Assembly: GCA_032251335.1 (NCBI GenBank)
Contig: JAVVDW010000017.1
Span: 546 to 64,545, forward strand
DNA: 64,000 nt
From: Flavobacteriaceae bacterium
GTDB lineage: Bacteria > Bacteroidota > Bacteroidia > Flavobacteriales > Flavobacteriaceae
Direction: 5' to 3'
The notes under the pieces are model-generated. The model saw only the letters and a program-made list of their open reading frames with translations. It was not told the DNA's origin and made no database searches. Below, piece after piece: positions 19,632 through 27,321 of the stretch. How positions within the stretch are numbered: position 1 is the first letter of the stretch; each line of letters starts with the position of its first letter. The translations under genes and the position numbers were made by a program.

Positions 19632-19656
19632 AAGGGCTACATTACTGTATGCCCTT
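19632..19656. terminator. Bidirectional intrinsic terminator hairpin
   Basis: AAGGGCTACA-TTAC-TGTA(T)GCCCTT stem-loop, flanked by an A7 run on the left and TTATTTTA on the right. On the minus strand it sits 10 nt after the tRNA 3' end and is followed by T7. Confidence 0.65.
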
Positions 19657-19666
19657 ATTTTATTAG

Positions 19667-19740
19667 TGGTCCCACCTGGGCTCGAACCAGGGACCACCTG
19701 ATTATGAGTCAGGTGCTCTAACCAACTGAGCTATAGGACC
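19667..19740 (-). tRNA. tRNA with CAU anticodon (elongator Met, or Ile2 if lysidine-modified)
   Basis: The reverse complement GGTCCTATAGCTCAGTTGGTTAGAGCACCTGACTCATAATCAGGTGGTCCCTGGTTCGAGCCCAGGTGGGACCA folds as a cloverleaf. The anticodon loop is CTCATAA, CCA is not encoded, and there are no initiator features. Confidence 0.9.
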
Positions 19741-19917
19741 GTTGTGCAATATTTATTTGGCGTTTTACCTGAATCAGACTGTACAAAGGTAAAAGACATT
19801 CTGCAACAGTTTCCAAATCAATTAATAAAACAAAATAAATACTTTTGAACGTGTGCAACACGCTGTAAGCGTTTAGCGGTGCGAAATTAATACATATTTT
19901 CGGATGGTAAAAATTTT

Positions 19918-20328
19918 TTATCTGTCCTTTTCTATCTCTTCACACAATTCTACCAAAACGCCTTGGGTGCTTTTAGGATGCAGAAAGACAATGCGCTTGT
20001 TGTCGGCACCTTTCTTGGGCGTTTCGCTCACGAAGGAAAATCCTAACGATTTTAACCTGTCTATTTCAGCGTTTATGTCATCTACAGCTATGGCAATGTG
20101 ATGCATGCCCGGTCTGTTTTTGGATAAAAAGGAAGCAATCGCACTTTTTTCGTCTAAGCTTCCCAAAAGTTCGAGTTTGCTCTCACCGAGTTGGAAAAAT
20201 TCGGTTCGCACGCTTTCGGATGCTACATCCTCGGTTTTGTAAGATTTTCGGTTGAGGAGTTTTTCAAAAGTATCAGATGCCAAACCCAAATCCGAAACAG
20301 CAATACCGATATGTTCTATTTTATTCAT
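19918..20328 (-). CDS. mce: Methylmalonyl-CoA epimerase (VOC/glyoxalase fold)
   Basis: MNKIEHIGIAV..., HHIAIAVDDI..., FLHPKSTQGVLVEL; 136 aa. Confidence 0.88.
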   Translation of the reverse strand: MNKIEHIGIAVSDLGLASDTFEKLLNRKSYKTEDVASESVRTEFFQLGESKLELLGSLDEKSAIASFLSKNRPGMHHIAIAVDDINAEIDRLKSLGFSFVSETPKKGADNKRIVFLHPKSTQGVLVELCEEIEKDR

Positions 20329-20360
20329 GCCGTCAAAATCTTTTTAATGCTTAAAAATAC

Positions 20361-20368
20361 TACTTTTG
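20361..20368 (+). promoter_or_regulatory. -7 box TACTTTTG immediately before the rbfA ATG
   Basis: An exact motif ends 4 nt before the ATG at 20373. This implies a leaderless or near-leaderless transcript. Confidence 0.45.
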
Positions 20369-20372
20369 TAGC

Positions 20373-20765
20373 ATGGAAACAAACAGACAGAAAAAAATAG
20401 CAACCATCATCCAAGAAGACATGGCAGACATCTTAATGCGCGATCTAAAGGCGCAAAATTTGCAAGGTGTGGTGCTTTCTGTGACCGATGTACACGTGAC
20501 GGCCGACTTGTCTGCGGCAAAAATATATGTGAGTGTGTTCCCCAAAGTTCACCAGAAAGGACTTATTGCCGAAATTGCGGAAGCCACAGTAAAATATAGA
20601 CACGAACTCGCCCGGCGAACCCGTCATCAACTCAGACGGGTTCCCGAGTTGACTTTTCAAGCCGACGACTCCGTAGAACGCGCACAAGAAATTGAAAAAT
20701 CTCTGACCAATCCGGATAATCCCATTTCCAATCCGGACTTATTGGATAAAAGAAAAAAGATCTAA
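20373..20765 (+). CDS. rbfA: Ribosome-binding factor A
   Basis: METNRQKKIATIIQEDMADIL...VTDVHVTADLSAAKIYVS...LRRVPELTF. Confidence 0.93.
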   Translation: METNRQKKIATIIQEDMADILMRDLKAQNLQGVVLSVTDVHVTADLSAAKIYVSVFPKVHQKGLIAEIAEATVKYRHELARRTRHQLRRVPELTFQADDSVERAQEIEKSLTNPDNPISNPDLLDKRKKI

Positions 20766-20766
20766 A

Positions 20767-21966
20767 TTGTCTTTTCCGCTCTACATCGCCAAGCGTTACC
20801 TCGTTGCTAAAAGCAAACAAAACGCTATTAATATCATTACGCGCATTACCGGATTGGTGGTCGTTGTTGGTGCTTTTTCGCTTTTTGTTGTCTTGGCAGG
20901 CTTTGCCGGGTTAAAAGAATTCAGCCTTTCTTTTATCAACAATTTTGATCCCGATCTTAAGGCTTACCCAATTCAAGGCAAAACTTTGACAGTCTCTACG
21001 CAACTTGAAGATGATTTGCAAAACACCAAGGGCATTGCTGCTTACAGTTTTGTAGTAGAGGACAAAACTTTTTTTAAATACCGCGACAAAAGTCACGTAG
21101 GTATTCTTAAAGGAGTTGACGCACATTACGGAAGGGTTCACGACATTGATTCCATGATGGCCTATGGCAATTGGATAGAACCGGAAAAACCACAGGTTGT
21201 GGCCGGATTTGGCGTTGCTAATGTGCTGTCTCTGCCTTTGTTTGATTATGAAAACCCACTAGTTGCCATGGCGCCAAAACCCGGAAAAGGTGTCGTCAAT
21301 CGACCTGATGAAGCATTTGAAGAAATAAACCTCTTTTCTGTCGGCTTGTACAACATCACAGAAGAAATCGACAAAAAATACGTTTTTACAGATTGGCGTG
21401 TTGCACAAAGTTTATTCAGTATTGATACCAATAAGGTTTCGTATGTCGAGTTCAAACTTATGCCGAATATTGATGAAGCTGAAGTGGTAGCTGCGCTTCA
21501 AAATGTTTTTTCCGAAGCTGTTCTTATCAAAAATCGCATGCAACTGAACGATGCGCTTTACAAAATGTTGAACACGGAAAACTTGGCTACCTATTTGATT
21601 TTTACCTTAATTATTATCGTGGCGCTCTTCAATGTGGCTGGCGCAACCATTATGATGATTTTGGACAAAAAAGCAAATCTTAAAACCCTTTTTAGTCTGG
21701 GAGCATCTTTATCGCAAATCCGATATATTTTTTTCTTACAAGGCACGCTGCTTTCCGTTTCAGGCGCGGTTATCGGTATTTTGTTGGCAACGCTTTTGGT
21801 GTTGGTTCAACAAAAATGGGCGCTAGTGATGATTACACCTACCCTAGCGTACCCGGTCAAACTGGAATGGACAAACTACGTGGTCGTTTTTCTCACTATT
21901 GTGATATTGGGTATGTTGGCATCTAAAATTGCCGCCAACCGCATTCGTGAAAAAATGTTTTTATGA
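20767..21966 (+). CDS. FtsX-like ABC transporter permease (LolC/E-type)
   Basis: TTG start. N-terminus FPLYIAKRYL, four TM segments with a large periplasmic loop; 399 aa. Confidence 0.88.
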   Translation: MSFPLYIAKRYLVAKSKQNAINIITRITGLVVVVGAFSLFVVLAGFAGLKEFSLSFINNFDPDLKAYPIQGKTLTVSTQLEDDLQNTKGIAAYSFVVEDKTFFKYRDKSHVGILKGVDAHYGRVHDIDSMMAYGNWIEPEKPQVVAGFGVANVLSLPLFDYENPLVAMAPKPGKGVVNRPDEAFEEINLFSVGLYNITEEIDKKYVFTDWRVAQSLFSIDTNKVSYVEFKLMPNIDEAEVVAALQNVFSEAVLIKNRMQLNDALYKMLNTENLATYLIFTLIIIVALFNVAGATIMMILDKKANLKTLFSLGASLSQIRYIFFLQGTLLSVSGAVIGILLATLLVLVQQKWALVMITPTLAYPVKLEWTNYVVVFLTIVILGMLASKIAANRIREKMFL

Positions 21967-21996
21967 GCCTTTTCAATTCGAGAAAGCAAATGACAA

Positions 21997-23679
21997 TTAC
22001 TGCATTTTAGCCCAGCTATCGCGCAAACCTACGGTTTTGTTAAATATCAATTTTTGGGCATCGCTGTCCTTGTCCACGCAGAAATAACCGATGCGTTGAA
22101 ACTGAAATCGGTCGCCGGGTTTGGCTGTTTGTAAACTCGGTTCTGCATAAGCCTCTATAAGCTGAAGCGAATCCGGATTTAGAAATTCCAAGAAGTCTTT
22201 CCCTTTATGGCCATCGGGCGATTCGTCTAGAAAAAGACGGTCGTAGAGTCGTACTTCTGTTTTGATGGCGTGTTTTACAGAAACCCAATGCAGGGTTCCT
22301 TTCACTTTCCGCAAACTCGCTTCTGTGCCGCTTCCGCTGCGGCTGTCCGGATCAAAAGTGGCATGAATTTCAAGAATGTTGCCTGCATCGTCCTTCACAA
22401 GCTTTTCTCCTTTAATAATGTAGGCATTTTTTAACCGAACTTCTTTGCCTAGAGTCAAGCGGAAAAATTTTCTGTTGGCCTCTTCCAAAAAATCTTCCCG
22501 TTCTATATATAGGGTTTTGGAAAAAGGTACTTTTCGGAAACCGGCCGTTTCATCTTCCGGATTGTTTTCTGCATCTAGCCATTCCTCGGCATCATCCGGA
22601 TAATTGGTAATGACTAATTTTACGGGATCCAAGACGGCCATCACTCTGGGAGCTGACTTATTGAGGTCTTCTCGTACACAAAATTCCAGCAAAGACATAT
22701 CTATTACGTTGTCTCTTTTGGCAATACCCACAGTTTCTGCAAATTTCCGAATCGCTTCGGGTGTGTAACCGCGCCTGCGCATGCCCGATAGGGTAGGCAT
22801 ACGCGGGTCGTCCCAGCCACTCACGTGCTTTTGAGTGACCAACTGCAGCAACTTTCGCTTGCTCATGATGGTGTAACTCAAGTTTAACCGAGCAAATTCT
22901 CGCTGTTTAGGTGGCTGTGGCAAAGCTTCAGCATCATAAACTTGTTCAATAAACCACTCGTATAGTTCGCGATGCATCATAAACTCGAGCGTACAGATGG
23001 AATGAGATACTTGTTCTATATAGTCGGATTGGCCGTGCGCCCAATCATACATCGGATAAATACACCAACTGCTGCCGGTGCGGTGGTGGGGTTTGTTTAG
23101 TACGCGATATAAGATAGGGTCGCGCATCAGCATATTGGAGGAAGTCATGTCAATTTTGGCACGCAACACATGTGTACCATTTGGATATACGCCATTTTTC
23201 ATGGCTTCAAATAGTGTCAGATTTTCAGAAACAGACCGGTTCCTATATGGACTTTCTGTTCCGGCTTGAGAGGGTGTTCCCTTTTGTGAAGCAATGTCCG
23301 CTGAGGTTTGCGAATCTACGTAGGCTTTGCCTTTTTCAATAAGCATGACTGCCCAATCGTACAACTGTTGAAAATAGTCTGAAGCATAACACTCTTTTGC
23401 CCAAGAGAAACCAAGCCACTCAATATCTGCCTTGATGGCATCTACGTATTCTTGTTCTTCCTTGTCGGGGTTTGTGTCGTCAAAACGCAAATTGACGGGT
23501 GCTGCGTAGCGAAGCCCTAAGCCAAAATTTAGGCAAATAGATTTTGCGTGTCCGATGTGAAGATATCCGTTGGGCTCGGGAGGAAAACGAAAACGGAGCT
23601 TGTTTTTGTCTAGGCCGTTTTTGAGGTCTTCTTCAATAATATATTCTAAAAAATTGAGCGATTTTGTTTCCGTTGACAT
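21997..23679 (-). CDS. glnS: Glutamine--tRNA ligase
   Basis: HIGH motif (PEPNGYLHIGHAKS) and MSKRK (KMSKS-type) motif. The ATG at 23679 is preferred because the -7 box lies within the longer track ORF. Confidence 0.96.
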   Translation of the reverse strand: MSTETKSLNFLEYIIEEDLKNGLDKNKLRFRFPPEPNGYLHIGHAKSICLNFGLGLRYAAPVNLRFDDTNPDKEEQEYVDAIKADIEWLGFSWAKECYASDYFQQLYDWAVMLIEKGKAYVDSQTSADIASQKGTPSQAGTESPYRNRSVSENLTLFEAMKNGVYPNGTHVLRAKIDMTSSNMLMRDPILYRVLNKPHHRTGSSWCIYPMYDWAHGQSDYIEQVSHSICTLEFMMHRELYEWFIEQVYDAEALPQPPKQREFARLNLSYTIMSKRKLLQLVTQKHVSGWDDPRMPTLSGMRRRGYTPEAIRKFAETVGIAKRDNVIDMSLLEFCVREDLNKSAPRVMAVLDPVKLVITNYPDDAEEWLDAENNPEDETAGFRKVPFSKTLYIEREDFLEEANRKFFRLTLGKEVRLKNAYIIKGEKLVKDDAGNILEIHATFDPDSRSGSGTEASLRKVKGTLHWVSVKHAIKTEVRLYDRLFLDESPDGHKGKDFLEFLNPDSLQLIEAYAEPSLQTAKPGDRFQFQRIGYFCVDKDSDAQKLIFNKTVGLRDSWAKMQ

Positions 23680-23697
23680 ATGTGTTGTTATAAGCGG

Positions 23698-23705
23698 CAA
23701 ATTTA
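23698..23705 (-). promoter_or_regulatory. -7 box TAAATTTG (minus strand)
   Basis: The plus strand reads CAAATTTA, 19 nt upstream of the glnS ATG at 23679. Confidence 0.45.
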
Positions 23706-23807
23706 TCAAATAATCTGCGGATACGCTAAGTAGCAGGCATGCATTTTTATTTGATTTGAAATGATATACTTGAATACGTCAAAATTTTAATAACACCGGG
23801 GTTTGAT

Positions 23808-23815
23808 TATCTTTG
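23808..23815 (+). promoter_or_regulatory. -7 box TATCTTTG
   Basis: Exact motif 12 nt upstream of the ATG at 23827. Confidence 0.45.
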
Positions 23816-23826
23816 GCAAAAAAAAT

Positions 23827-24180
23827 ATGGGTGTCATCAGACTTCGAAACATACGGCTTTATGCCTACCACGGCTGTATGGAGGAAGAGGGTAAAATAGG
23901 TTCGGAATACCGCGTAGATGTTAAAGTAAACGCAGATTTGAGCCTCGCATCAGAAACCGATCGCTTGCAAGATACTGTAGATTATGTAGCGCTTCACCGC
24001 ATTGTAAAAGAAGAAATGGCTATCCGATCCAAACTATTGGAGACGGTTGCCAAAAGAATCATAGACCGGGTGCTTTCAGAATTGACCGCAGCGAAAATAG
24101 AAGTAGAAATTTCGAAGCTCAATCCGCCTATCGGCGGCGATGTGCTGTCTGTATCTGTTGCCCTGCAGGGAAGTAAATAA
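23827..24180 (+). CDS. folB: Dihydroneopterin aldolase
   Basis: IRLRNIRLYAYHGCMEEEGKIGSEYRVDV...VDYVALHRIV...LLETVA; ~117 aa from the ATG at 23827. Confidence 0.9.
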   Translation: MGVIRLRNIRLYAYHGCMEEEGKIGSEYRVDVKVNADLSLASETDRLQDTVDYVALHRIVKEEMAIRSKLLETVAKRIIDRVLSELTAAKIEVEISKLNPPIGGDVLSVSVALQGSK

Positions 24181-24237
24181 AAAAAACTTTGCTATATTTT
24201 TAGAGATATTTTTTCTAACTTCGCAACCCAAAATAAG

Positions 24238-24308
24238 GGCATCGTGGCCGAGTGGCTAGGCAGAGGTCTGCAAAACCTTTTACAGCGGTTCGAATCCGCT
24301 CGATGCCT
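24238..24308 (+). tRNA. tRNA-Cys (GCA)
   Basis: GGCATCGTGGCCGAGTGGCTAGGCAGAGGTCTGCAAAACCTTTTACAGCGGTTCGAATCCGCTCGATGCCT. The anticodon loop is CTGCAAA, the discriminator is U73 (a Cys identity element), and the T-loop is TTCGAAT. Confidence 0.9.
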
Positions 24309-24519
24309 CTAATTTTTTCTCCCTCTTATTTTTAAAATATTAAAAGAAGCACTGGGATGTATTCTTATGATTGGTCATAAAAACACAACCCGAAGCCTCT
24401 TTGTTTCCTAAGGATAGCAGCACCATTTAGCTTACAAAGCGGTCTCGATTTCGCCCTGCTGGAAGCGGTTTAACGAGAATTTGACCAAAAGTCAATTGAT
24501 GAGGCGACCCCGGCGTAAA

Positions 24520-25260
24520 TTATTTTTGCAATATAAAATTGATGGGAAGACTGTAGGGCACTTTTACGGCTTTGCCACCTTGTTTGCCGGGAATCATTTT
24601 GGGCAGTTTGGAAATAATTCTTCCGGCTTCTGTTTCCAGCCTGCTATCCGGACCACGCATTTGAATATCCGTGATATTGCCTTGTTGATCTATGATAAAT
24701 TGAATATAAACGCGGCCTTGCACATTCAAGTCGATAGCATCTTGCGGATAGCGAAAATTTTTCTTGACATGCTCGGTCATTTTATCCTGGAAACAAGCCC
24801 TTTGTTGGTTTTTTGCCACTTTTTCGCAACCGGGGAACAAAGGAATTTGTTCTACAAATTCATAGGGAACCCTAACATCTTCGGTAGGTTTAATAAATGG
24901 AATGTCTTCCACCTTGGCAACCGGCGTATCTTGCGTCACATCTTGGGCTAAAATATCGACTTCAATAATATCATCGTCATCCGGTCTTACGTCAATTTTT
25001 TCGGGCTGTTTAGGCTTTGCAGCCGGAGGCTCGGGTTCTTGGATTTCAATAAGAGGCATTTCTGGTTCCATGAGCATTTCAGGGTTGCCTGAGTAAACTT
25101 CTGAAATTTCCGAACTTGAAGTTTTCAACTCAAAAGAGAGAAATGTTAAAAACAAAACGAGAATCAAGCCTATTTGAAAATACAATTGGCTTTTGCGATT
25201 GAGGTCTTTGCGGGGATTTTTCTTGACATGCATAACTTGATATTTTTTAGATTTAGACAA
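24520..25260 (-). CDS. Energy transducer TonB family protein
   Basis: N-terminal basic region plus TM (LYFQIGLILVLFLTFLSF), a Pro/Glu-rich linker (EPEPPAAKPKQPEK), and a C-terminal TonB domain (YPQDAIDLNVQGRVYIQFIIDQQGNI...). Confidence 0.88.
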   Translation of the reverse strand: MSKSKKYQVMHVKKNPRKDLNRKSQLYFQIGLILVLFLTFLSFELKTSSSEISEVYSGNPEMLMEPEMPLIEIQEPEPPAAKPKQPEKIDVRPDDDDIIEVDILAQDVTQDTPVAKVEDIPFIKPTEDVRVPYEFVEQIPLFPGCEKVAKNQQRACFQDKMTEHVKKNFRYPQDAIDLNVQGRVYIQFIIDQQGNITDIQMRGPDSRLETEAGRIISKLPKMIPGKQGGKAVKVPYSLPINFILQK

Positions 25261-25384
25261 TGGTTTACTGATTCCTGAAAAAAAAAATATTTTTTCAGAA
25301 AGAGATCTATCAAGCTATACTGCAGTAAGAAGATGTTAATTTTCTTAACAAACCAAGATTTGTGCCATAATTTGTAAAAACAAC

Positions 25385-25410
25385 AAAACCCCTGAAATTT
25401 CAAGGGTTTT
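25385..25410. terminator. Hairpin terminator after the lipoprotein gene (usable on both strands)
   Basis: AAAACCC-C-TGAAATTTCA-A-GGGTTTT. On the minus strand it is followed by GTTGTTTTT, 36 nt past the stop at 25446. Confidence 0.6.
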
Positions 25411-25445
25411 GTTTTGCATGCATTGCGTTGTTTTAACGAGTAATT

Positions 25446-26516
25446 TTATCTTTCGTTACATACTTGTGCATTTACGATTAACCAATATTGACCATCTCCG
25501 CTGTACTCAATGTCATAAGTTACAGAAGTTGCATTGGCATTGCGTTGTCGATACGGATAGGTGTTGGGTGTGTGTTGCGTGGGAGGGTCGTCGGACAGAT
25601 ATACATTGGTTTGGTTAAATGAATATCCGGGAAATGCCTGCATTTGAACGGTGACTTTTTTATCGTTGTGCGTTACCAGCACATCAGAAACATGAGAAGC
25701 GACAGCCAGGTTGTTATTGACGGCGCCAATGTACATGGGTTTGGGTTGGATGGTTTCGTTGGTTTTTATTTCAGAAATCCACCCCCAGCGCGTGTTTGTG
25801 AGTCCGAAATCTATAAATGACACGTCTCCAAACATGAAAGCATCTTGGCAATTAAGGACTTGTATCTTGAAGCAATCTTGCAAGCAATAATTCATATAGC
25901 GGGCAATGCTGTTTCCGGGAAAATCCTGATCGCCTGCCCAACCGCCTTCATAGCGATACTTCTTGCTGGTGTTGCTTGTGAAATTTTTGCTAACCGCTGC
26001 TGTTTGCCTGTCGTCATCGTCATCGTCGTCGTCTGCTTCGGGCAATTTTGTAACCAGGGCAGCGTAGGCAGCAATGCTGATACAAGTGGGTGCAGACAAA
26101 GAGATTTCCGACAAAGCAATGGTCAGGCTAAATTCGCTTTGAGGCTTTTTAAATTCATATTTGTAAGGAAATTGTCCCACTTTTGGGTTTCCACCACCGA
26201 AAAGCGGGATGTCTTCAAATTTTCCTGCAAACACTTTGGCAGCCAGCATATACCAACCTTCGTTGAGTTTGTAGGTAATGGTGAGCGAATCTTTGGTGTT
26301 TTCTACTAAAACTTTCCCTGCAATTTCTTTTCGTCCGGCGAACAAATCAAAAGAAACGGACAAACATTCATCGAAAGGAACAACCAGTTGGGGTGTTTGG
26401 TCAACCGATTGAAGCGCGTCTGTTTGGGGCCTTGTGGATAAGATTTCTTCTGATTCGTCAATGCTGCAACCCAGCACTGCCCAAAACATAAAGAAAGCCA
26501 AAACTTTACGAGGCAT
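25446..26516 (-). CDS. Hypothetical lipoprotein with two related beta-rich modules joined by a poly-Asp linker
   Basis: Lipobox (FWAVLGCS). Module 1: FAGRKEIAGKVLVENTKDSLTITYKLNEGWYMLAAKVFAG...GNPKVGQFPYKY. D8 tract. Module 2: AVASHVSDVLVTHNDKKVTVQMQAFPGYSFNQTNVYLS...TPNTYPYRQ. Confidence 0.7.
   Translation of the reverse strand: MPRKVLAFFMFWAVLGCSIDESEEILSTRPQTDALQSVDQTPQLVVPFDECLSVSFDLFAGRKEIAGKVLVENTKDSLTITYKLNEGWYMLAAKVFAGKFEDIPLFGGGNPKVGQFPYKYEFKKPQSEFSLTIALSEISLSAPTCISIAAYAALVTKLPEADDDDDDDDRQTAAVSKNFTSNTSKKYRYEGGWAGDQDFPGNSIARYMNYCLQDCFKIQVLNCQDAFMFGDVSFIDFGLTNTRWGWISEIKTNETIQPKPMYIGAVNNNLAVASHVSDVLVTHNDKKVTVQMQAFPGYSFNQTNVYLSDDPPTQHTPNTYPYRQRNANATSVTYDIEYSGDGQYWLIVNAQVCNER
26010..26033 (-). 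repeat. (GAY)8 trinucleotide tract encoding D8
   Basis: The plus strand reads GTCGTCATCGTCATCGTCGTCGTC, inside the lipoprotein gene. Confidence 0.9.
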
Positions 26517-26647
26517 AAAACCAATTTTATTAGATTAGTTTAGTAAAGTTATCAGCTTACTTTATTATAAAGAACTGTGAAACAGTATATTCTACAAATG
26601 GTGTGTTATTATCGATGAAAGGTGTTAGGGCTCGCCGAAAAAGTGAA

Positions 26648-26827
26648 TTATTGTGTCAATTGAACGTCAAATGATACGATTTCCTCATTTTCGATAGAAA
26701 TTAAGAAATCCAAAGGCCGGCAGCAAACTTCACAATCTTCAATAAAATTTTGTTCTTTTATAGAAATATCTACGAGCAGAGAGACTTGCTGCCAACAACT
26801 TGGGCAGGTAAAAAAATATTCAATCAA
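26648..26827 (-). CDS. CPXCG-motif cysteine-rich small protein (not in the ORF track; 59 aa)
   Basis: My translation is (M/L)IEYFFTCPSCWQQVSLLVDISIKEQNFIEDCEVCCRPLDFLISIENEEIVSFDVQLTQ*. It has paired CPxC and CxxCC motifs, as in the CPXCG family. The TTG start lies 2 nt after the YHS gene stop. Confidence 0.7.
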   Translation of the reverse strand: MIEYFFTCPSCWQQVSLLVDISIKEQNFIEDCEVCCRPLDFLISIENEEIVSFDVQLTQ

Positions 26828-26829
26828 AT

Positions 26830-27213
26830 TCAGCCGTTGAGTTTTTTATAAGCCGCATCGGCCAATTTTTGCTTTTGTTCGGGTGCTTTTACCCACTGCC
26901 GTTTGGCATCAATTAGTCCGAAAAGCAATCGCGTAAAGAAATAGAGTTTGCCATCTTGAACGACAAAACTTTTTGGGTTCGGATTTACCTGTTTGCCTTC
27001 TGACATGGCAATGGCACAATAGCCACCGTATTGAGGTGTAAAGGCATCGGGAGATTTTTTAAATTTTTGAAGATTGGCATCATTTACAAACCGGTACTTG
27101 GCTTCTTTGTGGGTGGTTTCAAATTCTGAAGACCCTTCAGCCGCTTGGCCGTTAAAAAATTCCACTACATCGTAAGCGTTGGCTGCCAAACCATTTTTTA
27201 AATTCTGTAACAT
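26830..27213 (-). CDS. YHS-domain-like protein
   Basis: AYDVVEFF...KYRFVNDANLQKFKKSPDAFTPQYGGYCAIAM...VVQDGKLYFF matches the YHS-type family pattern. There is no signal peptide, and an in-frame stop lies 5 codons upstream of the ATG. Confidence 0.75.
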   Translation of the reverse strand: MLQNLKNGLAANAYDVVEFFNGQAAEGSSEFETTHKEAKYRFVNDANLQKFKKSPDAFTPQYGGYCAIAMSEGKQVNPNPKSFVVQDGKLYFFTRLLFGLIDAKRQWVKAPEQKQKLADAAYKKLNG

Positions 27214-27321
27214 AGTTAGATAATTTTAATCTGGTTGAAAAAAAAATTGTGACGACACGAATGTATCATCTTACAACCTTATTCGTTGCAATCTATGACA
27301 TAAACTTACGAAAAAAATTAA

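Noticed and set aside
19840-19917. A plus-strand TACTTTTG box at 19840-19847 followed by two short hairpins (ACGTGT/ACACG and ACGC/GCGT), considered as a small RNA gene or as the mce terminator.
   Set aside because: The stems are only 4-5 bp, there is no clear T-tract on either strand, and nothing downstream is coded on the plus strand. The evidence is too weak to call.
24309-24519. A ~210-nt non-coding stretch downstream of tRNA-Cys, considered as an integration scar or att site. It includes the small palindrome TTGACCAAAAGTCAA.
   Set aside because: There is no integrase, no duplicated tRNA 3' segment in the window, and no coding remnant in any frame.
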